Shown piece by piece: positions 20,524 to 31,921 of a stretch of 64,000 bases of DNA. Within the stretch, counting starts at the first letter, position 1. Each line of letters starts with the position of its first letter. The stretch is from NCBI GenBank assembly GCA_963662545.2, contig CAXXLL010000003.1:928001-992000 (forward strand). Direction: 5' to 3'. Origin of the DNA: Gammaproteobacteria bacterium (GTDB taxonomy: Bacteria; Pseudomonadota; Gammaproteobacteria; Ga0077536). The notes beneath the pieces were generated by a model that was given only the letters and a program-made list of their open reading frames with translations, had not been told where the DNA came from and did not search any database. Both the position numbers and the translations under genes were made by a program.

Positions 20524-21528
20524 TCAGTTTCTTGATGCACTTCTGGAGTTTCGAATGGCTTCTGAAAGCTGTGCCACAGCCAATGCATATTTGACCCGCG
20601 GATTGTAGCGGCTGATGACATAGAAATTTGTATAGCCGACCCAATATTCGTAACCACCCTCTCCTTCCATTTCGAATAAGGCGGCTCTTTCATTGGACTT
20701 GGCATTTTGATCAACCGGCCTGATTCCGGTGGCGAGAAAATCCGAAAGCGCAAATTCAGGTTTGATGGCTGACGTTAGAAATACTTCGGGATCCGCTTCG
20801 CCGATCTCTGCGCGCGATGTAATCGGCCCTGAGCGTTGCCAACCATGATGATTTAGATAGTTTGCAACACTGCCGATCACATCATCGGTGTTCGTCCAGA
20901 TATCTCGTGTGCCATCGCCGTCGAAATCGATCGCCAGTTTTCGAATGCTTTCCGGCATGAATTGAGGCATGCCCATTGCACCAGCATAAGACCCTATGAG
21001 CTTCAGCGGATCGAACTCGTCTTCGCGCGTAAAGAGGAGATACTGCTCGAGCTGATCCCGAAAGAATTTCCCGCGTCGCGGATTGTCGCCCGGATAATGA
21101 AATGCAAGCGTCGCAAGTGCATCAATAACCCTGTGGACTCCAACAATGCGCCCATACGCTGTCTCTACTCCGATAATCGCGACGATTACTTCAGGCGCCA
21201 CTCCGAATTTTGTCGATGCGCGATTAAGCGCGTCGTGGTTGAGATTCCAGAATTTTACTCCGTCACGAATACGCTTATCCGAGATGAAAATTGTCCGGTA
21301 TTGCCACCAAGGTTTCACCTTTTCCGCCGGCCTCTTCATCAGCTCGAGTATTCGTTCAGAGCGCTGTGCACTGTCGAATACGCGAGTTAAATCGTCGTGC
21401 TCATATTCCTGGGTCGTCACCATGTGAGTAATGAATTCGTCGACTGCGGATTTGTCGAGCGGCGCGGCCTGCAGCACGCCAAACGATGTGATTAGAATCC
21501 CGATGAGGAGCGAATGCAGTATGTACAC
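20524..21528 (-). CDS. mltB: Lytic murein transglycosylase B
   Basis: IIGVET.YG, GSYAGAMG.PQFMP, DFDGDG, YN. Confidence 0.95.
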   Translation of the reverse strand: MYILHSLLIGILITSFGVLQAAPLDKSAVDEFITHMVTTQEYEHDDLTRVFDSAQRSERILELMKRPAEKVKPWWQYRTIFISDKRIRDGVKFWNLNHDALNRASTKFGVAPEVIVAIIGVETAYGRIVGVHRVIDALATLAFHYPGDNPRRGKFFRDQLEQYLLFTREDEFDPLKLIGSYAGAMGMPQFMPESIRKLAIDFDGDGTRDIWTNTDDVIGSVANYLNHHGWQRSGPITSRAEIGEADPEVFLTSAIKPEFALSDFLATGIRPVDQNAKSNERAALFEMEGEGGYEYWVGYTNFYVISRYNPRVKYALAVAQLSEAIRNSRSASRN

Positions 21529-21554
21529 TGGGGTTAAGATCCGTCTCTAGACGA

Positions 21555-22649
21555 TCACGTTTCTGAAATAAGTTTGCGATGTGTTTGTATCGACATGAGG
21601 ATACCGAAACCGATTAAAATAGTCACGAGAGAGGTACCGCCGTAACTTACGAGAGGCAGGGGTACCCCTACTACCGGGAGTTGACCGGTCACCATTCCCA
21701 TGTTAACGAAAATGTATATAAACATCGTCAAGGTAAGGCTCGCCGCGACGAGACGACTGAACATACCCTGCGCCTCATAAGCAATTCGAAGTCCTCGCAC
21801 CAATACCAGTCCGTAGGCGACCATCAATATGACCACTCCGACAAACCCGAATTCCTCACAATAAACCGCAAAGATAAAATCCGTTGCTCGTTCTGGAAGA
21901 AATTCCAGATGGGATTGAGTGCCATTGAGCCAACCTTTGCCATACATACCGCCCGAACCCACAGCTATGGTTGACTGAATAATGTGATATCCCGAACCTA
22001 GAGGATCTTTTTCAGGGTCGAACAAGGTCCGGATGCGTAGCCGTTGATAGTCATGCATCGAAAACCACGCAAAAGGGACTGCCAATGACGCAAGCGCAAG
22101 GCTATTTCTGATAAATCGCCAACGGACGCCGGCAAAAAACAGTACGAAAAGCCCGGAGCCGGCGACGAGCAACCCGGTTCCCAGATCGGGTTGCTCAACG
22201 ATCAAAATCACAGGTATCAGAACGATGACAAGCGCGGCGGCCGTGGTTCCAAAATGCGGCGGTAGGACCTTCTGAGCGACAAATCCCGCAACCGTCAACG
22301 GCACAGCGAGTTTCATCAATTCCGATGGTTGGAGTTGGAATAATCCCAAATCGAGCCAGCGCTGCGCACCGCGGCCGGTACCTACGACCGCTACGAGCAA
22401 CAGCAATCCCAAACCAACGAGGTATATGAGCGGCGCCCAACACTCCAGACGCTGCGGCGATACCTGTGCGATCAGAATCATGGCCAGCAACCCGACTAAC
22501 ATTCGAATCGCCTGTTTGATGAAAATATCGGTCGATTGATCGGCCGCGCTGTAAAGCACGACGAGTCCGAGCGCGCAAATGACCATTACACTGCTCATAA
22601 GAGGAGCGTCAATATGCAGCCGATATAGAAAACCCTGGGTTCTAACCAT
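21555..22649 (-). CDS. rodA: Rod shape-determining SEDS protein
   Basis: GAQRW, QPSE, QPDLGT, LPE..TDFIF, PLVSYGG. Confidence 0.97.
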   Translation of the reverse strand: MVRTQGFLYRLHIDAPLMSSVMVICALGLVVLYSAADQSTDIFIKQAIRMLVGLLAMILIAQVSPQRLECWAPLIYLVGLGLLLLVAVVGTGRGAQRWLDLGLFQLQPSELMKLAVPLTVAGFVAQKVLPPHFGTTAAALVIVLIPVILIVEQPDLGTGLLVAGSGLFVLFFAGVRWRFIRNSLALASLAVPFAWFSMHDYQRLRIRTLFDPEKDPLGSGYHIIQSTIAVGSGGMYGKGWLNGTQSHLEFLPERATDFIFAVYCEEFGFVGVVILMVAYGLVLVRGLRIAYEAQGMFSRLVAASLTLTMFIYIFVNMGMVTGQLPVVGVPLPLVSYGGTSLVTILIGFGILMSIQTHRKLISET

Positions 22650-24510
22650 CAGCGGGCATTACATGCTCTGTTGTTTTGAAATAGTGATCGATCAGCCGCC
22701 GCACAATCGGCGCCGCAGTACGGCTGCCACTCCCACCATTTTCGACGATCACCGCGATCGCAATTTCCGGCACGTCCAGCGGTGCGAACGCAATAAATAA
22801 TGCGTGGTCCTTGAGATGTTCCGGCAGTTCATCGTTGTCCACCTCTTGGTCCTGGGCAATACTGAAAACCTGTGATGTTCCCGTCTTTCCGGCAAACCGA
22901 ACGACCGCTCCGTTACCGCTACGCCGCGCGGTTCCCGTTGGCCCATTGACGACTTCGATCATGCCGTCAATGACATTGTCCCAATACGTTTCACTGATCA
23001 ATTCGATATGCGGACGATGATAAATTGCAAGTGACACCGAGGAATTGTCAATCGGGTCTTCTATCTGTGACACGAAATGCGGAATCGAAACTTCTCCCCG
23101 GTTCGCGATGATGCTGGTGACGTACGCCATTTGAAGTGGAGTTGCCAACATAAACCCCTGGCCGATTCCCGCGATCACCGTTTCTCCGGGGTACCAAGGT
23201 AGATTTCGCGTCCGCCTTTTCCATTCCGGAGACGGCAACAAGCCAGCCGCTTCACCCGGTATATCGACACCGGTGATTGACCCGAAGCCGATCATAGCCA
23301 GCGTTTCATGCAAGCGCCGAACCCCCAGATCGTGGGCCAGTGTGTAATAGTAAACGTCGCAGGACCGGGCGATGGAATGCTTCAAATCGACTTCGCCGTG
23401 CCCTCGCTTGAGCCAATCGCGATACCTGTGATCATCTCCTGGGAGCGAATACCACCCGCGGCACCACGTCTTCTGATCGGGCGTGCGAATACCGTTCTGC
23501 AAACCGGCTAAGGCGACAAACGGCTTGATCGTCGACCCGGGCGGATACTGACCCTGAAGCGCGCGGTTGAACAGCGGTCGGCCGGTCGATGTGCTCCAGG
23601 CTCGATAGAGTGACCGACTGACCCCATTGACGAATTCATTCGGGTCAAATGAAGGCTGACTGACAAACGCGAGAATACCGCCGGATGCCGGATCGATAGC
23701 CACTATCGCGCCCCGGCGTCCGTCCAATGCATTTATCGCTTCGACCTGAAGGTCCACATCGAGCGTCAGATAGATATCCTTTCCCGCCACGGGCGGAGTC
23801 CTTTCAACGATGCGCAATATTCGTCCTTGGGCATTCACCTCGACCCTTTGGTAACCAACTTGTCCGTGCAGAATGCCCTCACGCGCCTTCTCCACACCGC
23901 TCTTCCCGATATGGGTTGTCGCGCTGTAATTCGTCTGATCGATCACGTTCAAATCGGTTTCGCTGATCCGCCCGACGTAGCCGATAACGTGGACCGTACT
24001 ATCCGCCAGCGGGTAATGTCTGGCGACACCGGCCTCTATTCGGAAACCCGGAAATCGAAAGCGGTTAACGGAAAATATCGCGAGCTCTTCCGGATTCAGA
24101 TCACTTTTCAAGGTTACGTTTTCGAACCGCCTGGCACGATTGAGCCGCTTGGAAAACGATTCCAGTTGCTCGTCGGAAAGGTTTAGCAATGTTCCCAGTT
24201 CGAGCACCGCCGCGTCGAGATTGATTGCGTTTTCCGGTATCACGGCAAGGGAAAATGAAGACCTGTTTTCCGCCAGCGCAGTACCGTCACGGCTGAATAT
24301 CGTTCCCCGGGGTGGCGCGATGGGCACAATTTTCAAACGGTTTTCACGGGATAAAGTGGTGAAGTGCTCATGATTCAGGATTTGCAGATAGGCAAGACGT
24401 ACGATGAGGACAGATAGAAGAACGCCCATGAATCCAACCGCCCACCAAACCCGACGTTGGAACATACGGCGTTCGAAATTGGCGTCCTTTAGTGTCGGAA
24501 GCGATTTCAT
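22642..24510 (-). CDS. mrdA: Penicillin-binding protein 2
   Basis: YPPGSTIK, SCD, KTGT. Adjacent to rodA. Confidence 0.97.
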   Translation of the reverse strand: MKSLPTLKDANFERRMFQRRVWWAVGFMGVLLSVLIVRLAYLQILNHEHFTTLSRENRLKIVPIAPPRGTIFSRDGTALAENRSSFSLAVIPENAINLDAAVLELGTLLNLSDEQLESFSKRLNRARRFENVTLKSDLNPEELAIFSVNRFRFPGFRIEAGVARHYPLADSTVHVIGYVGRISETDLNVIDQTNYSATTHIGKSGVEKAREGILHGQVGYQRVEVNAQGRILRIVERTPPVAGKDIYLTLDVDLQVEAINALDGRRGAIVAIDPASGGILAFVSQPSFDPNEFVNGVSRSLYRAWSTSTGRPLFNRALQGQYPPGSTIKPFVALAGLQNGIRTPDQKTWCRGWYSLPGDDHRYRDWLKRGHGEVDLKHSIARSCDVYYYTLAHDLGVRRLHETLAMIGFGSITGVDIPGEAAGLLPSPEWKRRTRNLPWYPGETVIAGIGQGFMLATPLQMAYVTSIIANRGEVSIPHFVSQIEDPIDNSSVSLAIYHRPHIELISETYWDNVIDGMIEVVNGPTGTARRSGNGAVVRFAGKTGTSQVFSIAQDQEVDNDELPEHLKDHALFIAFAPLDVPEIAIAVIVENGGSGSRTAAPIVRRLIDHYFKTTEHVMPADG

Positions 24511-24598
24511 GGCGGTTTTACGGAAGCACGTGATCCGTCTCAGATCCCGAGATCAATGGAATCCCCTGCACTCCACGCCTACCCAAAAGCGCGAATAG

Positions 24599-25081
24599 TC
24601 ATGCCACTCTTGCGCGGCGCCTCACATCTCGCAGAACGATGAACAACCATGGCCATAGAAGGGCGGTCGTCAACGTTCCGAACAGGTATTTCGGGCCGTA
24701 GGAAACCGACCCCAACAAATTGTATATCCACAGCATCATGACGAGATATAAGAATATCGTTGAAGCAACGAACAGCGCTTGTTGAGTTAACGGAAATACA
24801 CGGACTCTCTGATGGTATTGCACCGTGATGTAAGCGACGAAGGCGAGGCCAAAAGCGTGCTGCCCCAGTATTGACCCGTGCATGACATCGAGCACCAATC
24901 CTATCGACCACCCGATCAATACGCCGACACGTTCGGGGAGCGCCATACACCAATAGAAGAGAACCATCGCAATCCAAGCTGGACGCCAAGGCAAGGCCCA
25001 TTCTGGTAAAGGTATGGCCGTCAACATGAACGCTATCAAGAAGCTCACCACGATGACCCAGGCCCGGTTCGATTTATCCAC
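24599..25081 (-). CDS. mreD: Rod shape-determining protein MreD
   Basis: RP.W, YW...LP, GL..D, LWPW. Synteny. Confidence 0.95.
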   Translation of the reverse strand: MDKSNRAWVIVVSFLIAFMLTAIPLPEWALPWRPAWIAMVLFYWCMALPERVGVLIGWSIGLVLDVMHGSILGQHAFGLAFVAYITVQYHQRVRVFPLTQQALFVASTIFLYLVMMLWIYNLLGSVSYGPKYLFGTLTTALLWPWLFIVLRDVRRRARVA

Positions 25082-25095
25082 GTTACACCGCTTAG

Positions 25096-25257
25096 GGAAC
25101 CTCTGAATAAGTCATGGTGCGTCTGAATTGTTCATGAAATGGTGCAGATCAAGGCACGAATCGCAGCCAATAGCGGAGACTATTGGCAAGGTTCGTAACG
25201 TAAGGCTCCGCGATTTCATGGGCAAGGCAGATGTGCCATGACTTTTTCAGAGGTTCC
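25096..25257 (+). mobile_element. 162-bp MITE copy 3
   Basis: Same TIRs, flanked by TTAG at 25092-25095 and 25258-25261. Nearly identical to copy 2. Confidence 0.92.
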
Positions 25258-25263
25258 TTAGGT

Positions 25264-26133
25264 TTACTCTACCGAGGAAACTCGGTCGCCATCGACTTGT
25301 TTTTGCTGCGGACCTAAAAGCAATACCTCCCGTGAACGGCCGACCTGCGCGCTCGGTTCCACGATAATCGTCGCAAACGCGTCACCGGGATGCAGCGACA
25401 CTTTCTTGACCCGCCCAACCGGGTATCCCACCGGGAAGCGTCGACCCAAGCCTGAAGTCACAACGAGATCACCGGTCCTGATATCAGCATTTGTCGAGAC
25501 GAATGAAAGTGATAATTCATCGGGTATATCTCCACCGACGGCGATGGCACGCAATCCGCTTCGATTAATCAATACCGGTAGCGCATGGCGTGTATCAGTA
25601 ATCAACAAGGCGGTACTCGAGAACGGTCCGACGTGCGAGATCTGCCCGATCACACCATAGGCATCTAACAGCGGCTGACCGACAAAAACCCCCTGCGCGG
25701 CTCCCTTATTGACGACGATTTGGTGCGCCGATGGTGTCGTTTCGATGGCCAATACGTCGGCGACGATGACGTTTTGCTGGAGCGTCGAGGAGGAATCAAG
25801 AAGTTCGCGCAATCGCTGGTTCTCATGCTCGAGCGCTGCAAAACGCTGCGCTTTCGAGCTCAGAAGCAAATTTTCGTCCGTGAGCCGCACGTTCTCGTCG
25901 ATCAGATTAAGTCGCGTCGTCAAATTCCCGGCAACGCGGGCACCCAATTGAACGGGCGCGTTTACGATGTACTGCACCGGATAGACGAGTATGGAAATCG
26001 CGGATCGAATAGAAGAAAGATGATCGTTATTGTGGTCAATGGAAATACACAGAAAGGACAAAACTGCACATGTGGCAAACCTTGCCGTTGGAGACGGTGC
26101 ATTGATGAAGAGCGGCTTAATTGTAGTCTCCAA
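25264..26133 (-). CDS. mreC: Rod shape-determining protein MreC
   Basis: EN.RLRELL coiled coil, TSGLG..FP.GYPV. Confidence 0.95.
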   Translation of the reverse strand: METTIKPLFINAPSPTARFATCAVLSFLCISIDHNNDHLSSIRSAISILVYPVQYIVNAPVQLGARVAGNLTTRLNLIDENVRLTDENLLLSSKAQRFAALEHENQRLRELLDSSSTLQQNVIVADVLAIETTPSAHQIVVNKGAAQGVFVGQPLLDAYGVIGQISHVGPFSSTALLITDTRHALPVLINRSGLRAIAVGGDIPDELSLSFVSTNADIRTGDLVVTSGLGRRFPVGYPVGRVKKVSLHPGDAFATIIVEPSAQVGRSREVLLLGPQQKQVDGDRVSSVE

Positions 26134-26154
26134 ACATACCGTGCGGACTGAAAC

Positions 26155-27204
<1,050 letters not shown>

Positions 27205-27467
27205 TTAGAGTCCTTCTTAAGTTGCGCCGCGCCCGTGAGCGCGACCTGGTCTGCCTTACCAGCTAACAGGATGACGATCTGCGGGCTCGGCACCACCCCT
27301 TGAGTCCATGGCATAAGAATCGGTCCGCGGCTGCCCTGAGCGAGACTACCCGACACCCCCGAGATTCGCAGTAAAATGGCGGCTTAATGTAACAGCGCAA
27401 GTACTTTGTGGCAAGCGTGCCACATAAGATTTTTCTTTCTAATCAAGTAAATAATAGAGACTTCTAC

Positions 27468-27755
27468 ATGTCAATCAGCACTGATGAAGTGAAGGCAATA
27501 GCGCGCCTGGCGCGCCTCGCGATCGACGACAGCGCTATTCCTGGTTACGCAGATCAATTGTCCCGAATTCTCACATTCATCGAACAAATGAATCAGGCCG
27601 AGACGGATGGCATCGAACCCATGGCACATCCACTGGACCTTAATGTCCGTCTGAGGCCGGACCGGGTTACCGAAAAGAACGAACGCGACCTCTTTCAGGC
27701 GCAGGCGCCGCAGATTAAGAACGGCTTATACCTAGTTCCCAAAGTTATCGATTAA
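27468..27755 (+). CDS. gatC: Asp/Glu-tRNA amidotransferase subunit C
   Basis: IARLARL, PMAHP, YLVPKVI. Start reset to ATG 27468. Confidence 0.95.
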   Translation: MSISTDEVKAIARLARLAIDDSAIPGYADQLSRILTFIEQMNQAETDGIEPMAHPLDLNVRLRPDRVTEKNERDLFQAQAPQIKNGLYLVPKVID

Positions 27756-27758
27756 GAC

Positions 27759-29222
27759 ATGCCCGATTCCTTTCCCCGTACTGCCGCGGCGATTTCCGCT
27801 GCACTCGAGAATCGCGAATTTTCGAGTGTCGAAATAACACGGCATTATCTTGATCGTATCGCAAAAATCGATGACGAATTGAACTCCTACATCACGGTTT
27901 GCGAAGACAGGGCGCTCAAGCAGGCCCGCGCTGCCGACGATATCCGGGCCGCAGGACGAGCATCGATACTGACCGGCGTACCCTACGCAAACAAGGATAT
28001 CTTCTGCACTAAGGAAACTCGAACGAGCTGCGGCTCACGAATGCTCGACAATTTCATCGCGCCTTATAATGCTACGGTCGTCGAGCATCTTGATCGTGAA
28101 GGCATGGTGATGCTCGGCAAGACCAATATGGATGAGTTCGCAATGGGCTCTTCCAACGAGACGAGTTATTACGGTCCGGTCCGTAATCCGTGGGACTTAG
28201 AACGCGTTCCCGGGGGGTCTTCTGGCGGCTCGGCCGCGGCCGTTGCCGCGGGACTTGCGCCGGTGGCGACCGGAACTGACACCGGCGGTTCGATACGACA
28301 ACCGGCCGCTTTTTGCGGGATCAGCGGCCTGAAACCCACTTATGGACGCGTCTCCAGATTCGGGATGATCGCGTTCGCTTCCAGCCTGGACCAGGGTGGC
28401 CCGCTCGCATTAACGGCAGAGGACCTCGCACTGATGATGAACGTTATTGCGGGATTCGATGAACGTGATTCAACTTCGAGCGAGCGAGCGACAGAGGATT
28501 TCGCGAGTAAATTAAATGACTCCGTCGAAGGTCTGAGGATCGGAGTGCCGAAGGAGTTTTTCGATGACGCCTTGGATCCAGACATCGGTGATTGTGTGAG
28601 CGCGGCCGTCGAGCAACTCGAGAAACTTGGCGCTCGCGCAAGAGAAATATCGCTTGCATCGCTACCATTATCCATCCCCGCATACTACGTTATTGCGCCA
28701 GCCGAATGCTCATCGAACCTGTCACGCTACGACGGTGTGAGGTACGGCCATCGTTGTGAAAACCCGAAAGATTTGATGGATCTCTATTGCCGTTCGCGCG
28801 CCGAAGGTTTCGGTGCTGAAGTGAAGCGACGGATACTCGTGGGGGCATACGCTTTATCTTCCGGTTATTACGATGCTTATTACAGGAAAGCGCAGCAGGT
28901 GCGACGCCTCATCAAGCAGGATTTTGAGAGCGCCTTTGCTCAAGTCGATGTCATTATCGGGCCCACTACTCCCACTACAGCGTTTCGCGTGGGTGAACAT
29001 AACGACGATCCCGTTTCGATGTACCTGAGCGATATTTATACAACGGCCGTAAATCTTTCCGGCGTCACGAGCTTGTCGGTGCCTGCTGGGTACGTGGATG
29101 GCCTTCCCGTCGGCATGCAGATTATCGGAAACTATTTCGACGAAGCACGGCTGCTGAACCTTGCGCACGTTTACCAGACAGTCACTGATTGGCATCTGCG
29201 CGTTGCGCCCTGTGCCGCTTAA
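27759..29222 (+). CDS. gatA: Asp/Glu-tRNA amidotransferase subunit A
   Basis: Amidase signature [22 protein letters not shown]. Confidence 0.98.
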   Translation: MPDSFPRTAAAISAALENREFSSVEITRHYLDRIAKIDDELNSYITVCEDRALKQARAADDIRAAGRASILTGVPYANKDIFCTKETRTSCGSRMLDNFIAPYNATVVEHLDREGMVMLGKTNMDEFAMGSSNETSYYGPVRNPWDLERVPGGSSGGSAAAVAAGLAPVATGTDTGGSIRQPAAFCGISGLKPTYGRVSRFGMIAFASSLDQGGPLALTAEDLALMMNVIAGFDERDSTSSERATEDFASKLNDSVEGLRIGVPKEFFDDALDPDIGDCVSAAVEQLEKLGARAREISLASLPLSIPAYYVIAPAECSSNLSRYDGVRYGHRCENPKDLMDLYCRSRAEGFGAEVKRRILVGAYALSSGYYDAYYRKAQQVRRLIKQDFESAFAQVDVIIGPTTPTTAFRVGEHNDDPVSMYLSDIYTTAVNLSGVTSLSVPAGYVDGLPVGMQIIGNYFDEARLLNLAHVYQTVTDWHLRVAPCAA

Positions 29223-29231
29223 GTAAATACG

Positions 29232-30668
29232 ATGGAATGGGAAACCGTTATTGGTCTAGAAATTCACGCCCAACTCACGGCGGACAGCAAGATCTTTTCC
29301 GGCGCCTCGACAGCCTTCGGAGCTGAACCCAACACCCAGGCATGCGCAGTAGACCTCGGGCTTCCGGGCGTGCTCCCCGTGATCAATGAAAAAGCGATCG
29401 AAATGGCAGTATTGTTTGGAATAGCAACCAATGCGGTGATTGCCAGACATTCGGTCTTCGCTCGGAAAAACTATTTCTATCCTGATCTGCCCAAGGGCTA
29501 TCAGATCAGTCAGTACGAAGCTCCGATCGTCGCTCGCGGAACGCTCGAGATCGAAGTCGACGGCAACAGAAAAACGATCAACATAACGCGCGCGCACCTG
29601 GAGGAAGACGCCGGGAAGTCGCTACATGAGAACTTTCCCGGATCAACCGCCATTGACCTCAATCGGGCGGGCACGCCGCTATTGGAAATTGTCTCCGAAC
29701 CGGAATTGCGGTCCGCCGACGAAGCCGTTTCTTATATGCGAGAACTGCATCGCCTCGTGAGATATCTCGGCATTTGTGACGGCAATATGCAGGAGGGGTC
29801 TTTCCGATGCGACGCCAATGTATCCGTTCGCCCCAAGGGTAGCGAAGAGCTTGGTACTCGAACTGAAACTAAGAATCTCAATTCTTTCCGCTTCGTGCAC
29901 CAAGCCATCGAATACGAAGTCGAGCGGCAGATAGAGATTATTGAATCCGGTGGTTCCGTCGTACAGGAAACTCGCTTATACGACGCCGCGAAAGGTGAAA
30001 CTCGATCAATGCGCTCGAAGGAAGACGCGCATGATTATCGATATTTTCCCGATCCCGATTTGCTCCCGGTTGAAGTGACGGAAGAATACATAAATGCCTT
30101 AAGGGAAAAAGTACCCGAGCTACCGCAAGAGATGCTGGTCCGTTTCGTGAAGCAATACGGCCTTGCACATGACGATGCAAAAATCCTCATTCAAGACCCA
30201 GAAACGGCAACGTTTTTCGAAACAACTGTGGAAGTAGATGGCGCCGAGCCGAAACAGGCCTGCAACTGGTTGATTGGAGAGCTCTTCGGTGCAATGAATA
30301 AGGCAAACCTTAAGTTGGCGGCTGTACCAATTTCACCCAATGATCTCGGACAACTTGTCGCCCGAATCACAGACGACACCATTTCTGGAAAAATGGCGAA
30401 GCAAGTCTTCCAGGCAATGTGGGACGGCGAAGGGTCCGCCGATGAAATTATTTCGACCCGCGCTCTCAAGCAGATATCAGAACCATCGATGATTGATTCT
30501 GTCGTTCAGGAGGTAATTGCAGAGAATCCGGAGCAAGTAGCCCAATACAAGGCAGGAAAAGAGAAAGTTTTAGCGTATTTAGTCGGTCAGGCCATGAAAA
30601 AGACCGGCGGGCGGGCTAATCCGAAGGTTGTGAATACGATCACGAAGAAATATTTATGCTCGGAATAA
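29232..30668 (+). CDS. gatB: Asp/Glu-tRNA amidotransferase subunit B
   Basis: [33 protein letters not shown]. Confidence 0.98.
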   Translation: MEWETVIGLEIHAQLTADSKIFSGASTAFGAEPNTQACAVDLGLPGVLPVINEKAIEMAVLFGIATNAVIARHSVFARKNYFYPDLPKGYQISQYEAPIVARGTLEIEVDGNRKTINITRAHLEEDAGKSLHENFPGSTAIDLNRAGTPLLEIVSEPELRSADEAVSYMRELHRLVRYLGICDGNMQEGSFRCDANVSVRPKGSEELGTRTETKNLNSFRFVHQAIEYEVERQIEIIESGGSVVQETRLYDAAKGETRSMRSKEDAHDYRYFPDPDLLPVEVTEEYINALREKVPELPQEMLVRFVKQYGLAHDDAKILIQDPETATFFETTVEVDGAEPKQACNWLIGELFGAMNKANLKLAAVPISPNDLGQLVARITDDTISGKMAKQVFQAMWDGEGSADEIISTRALKQISEPSMIDSVVQEVIAENPEQVAQYKAGKEKVLAYLVGQAMKKTGGRANPKVVNTITKKYLCSE

Positions 30669-30926
30669 TCGCTTCGTGCCCGCCAGATTATGTGATTTCT
30701 CACTCAGAAGAGTGAGTTTAACGGCACGAATCATGATTACTATAAGGGTCGTATTTATTGTTGACTATATAATGGATTAACCGTCAATATTCTTCGATGC
30801 TGATGACCAGCGTTTTACGATTGAGAGAATTATAAGAATATCGATGAAGCGCTATTTTTACTCCTGACCCATATAACGAATCCACAAAGGGTCAGGACGT
30901 TTTGACCAATAAACAGGAGGGTAATT

Positions 30927-31850
30927 ATGTTAACCGCAGTTGATAGCCCAACTTCAGCGCTTTCGGATCCTATTTTAAAAAGAAGTGAGAATATTTTTCC
31001 AAATTTGGAACTCCGTTTCGATAAATCAGCAGGAATCCTGTGGAAATTTCTCGCCCCAAATTCAACTCCTTATTTTTCCCACGAGCAACTTAGTGACATT
31101 CGCGCCGTCCAAGCAGCAATAAGTGATGGGACGCGTTTGGATTTACCAGGTTACGAAGCTGATAACGTGAAATTCGTAGTTTTTGGATCGAAGATCCGTG
31201 AAATCTTTAGCCTTGGCGGTGATCTACAATTGTTTAGAGATCTAATTGCAAACGCGAAACAGGCCTTCAGTTCTACGCGAAAAAGGCGACCGACGCGATT
31301 TTCTGCCACGCCGCTAATTCCAGAAACATCCTCACATTTTCGTTAGTTCAAGGGAGCGCAATGGGGGGGGGGATTTGAGGCAGCTTTAGCCGGAAACATT
31401 CTTGTCGCAGAACGGGGAACGAGACTCGGTTTCCCCGAGGTCTTGTTCGGCCTATTTCCTGGAATGGGGGCCTATACTTTACTCCGCAGGCGCGTGGATA
31501 CGGTAACAGCCGAAAAAATCATTTTGAGCGCCAAAAATTATCCGGCAGAAGAACTTCATAGATTAGGTATCGTTGATATTCTCGCGGATCCCGGAAAGGG
31601 GGTAAATGAAATCTACGGATATATTTCTCGCCAAAAAGGACAGCCTGGTGCTGCTGCTTTTAGAAAAGCTTTGAACCGAGTCCGTGTCATCGATCATGAT
31701 GAAATCTATACGATCGCCGATGAATGGGTTAACGCGGCGATGGAACTCCCGCTTCAATATCTTCGCCGCATTGAACGGCTCATTTCTAATCAACGCAAAA
31801 GTTACCCGAAATACAAATCTATAAGCACGGTTGATATCAAGATGATTTAG
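30927..31850 (+). pseudogene. rpfF: RpfF-like DSF synthase (crotonase superfamily) with two frameshifts
   Basis: FSLGGDL.LF in frame 1; ETGLQFYA...SLVQGSAM in a shifted frame; GGGFEAAL...GFPEVLFGLFPGMGAY back in frame 1. Breaks at ~31255 and in the G10 run at 31363-31372. In-frame TAG at 31344. RBS AGGAGG at 30915. Confidence 0.85.
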
Positions 31851-31882
31851 GACTGTATAAATAGATGAACCAGGTACTTTAT

Positions 31883-31916
31883 AAAGCTGGGCAGAAACTA
31901 TATCTGCCCAGCTTTT
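31883..31916. terminator. Bidirectional intrinsic terminator between convergent rpfF and rpfC
   Basis: aaagctgggcaga-aactata-tctgcccagctttt. Confidence 0.75.
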
Positions 31917-31921
31917 ACTAC

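Noticed and set aside
20514-20753. Long RlpA N-terminus overlapping mltB
   Set aside because: The lipoprotein signal begins at ATG 20513. The extension is an open shadow frame.
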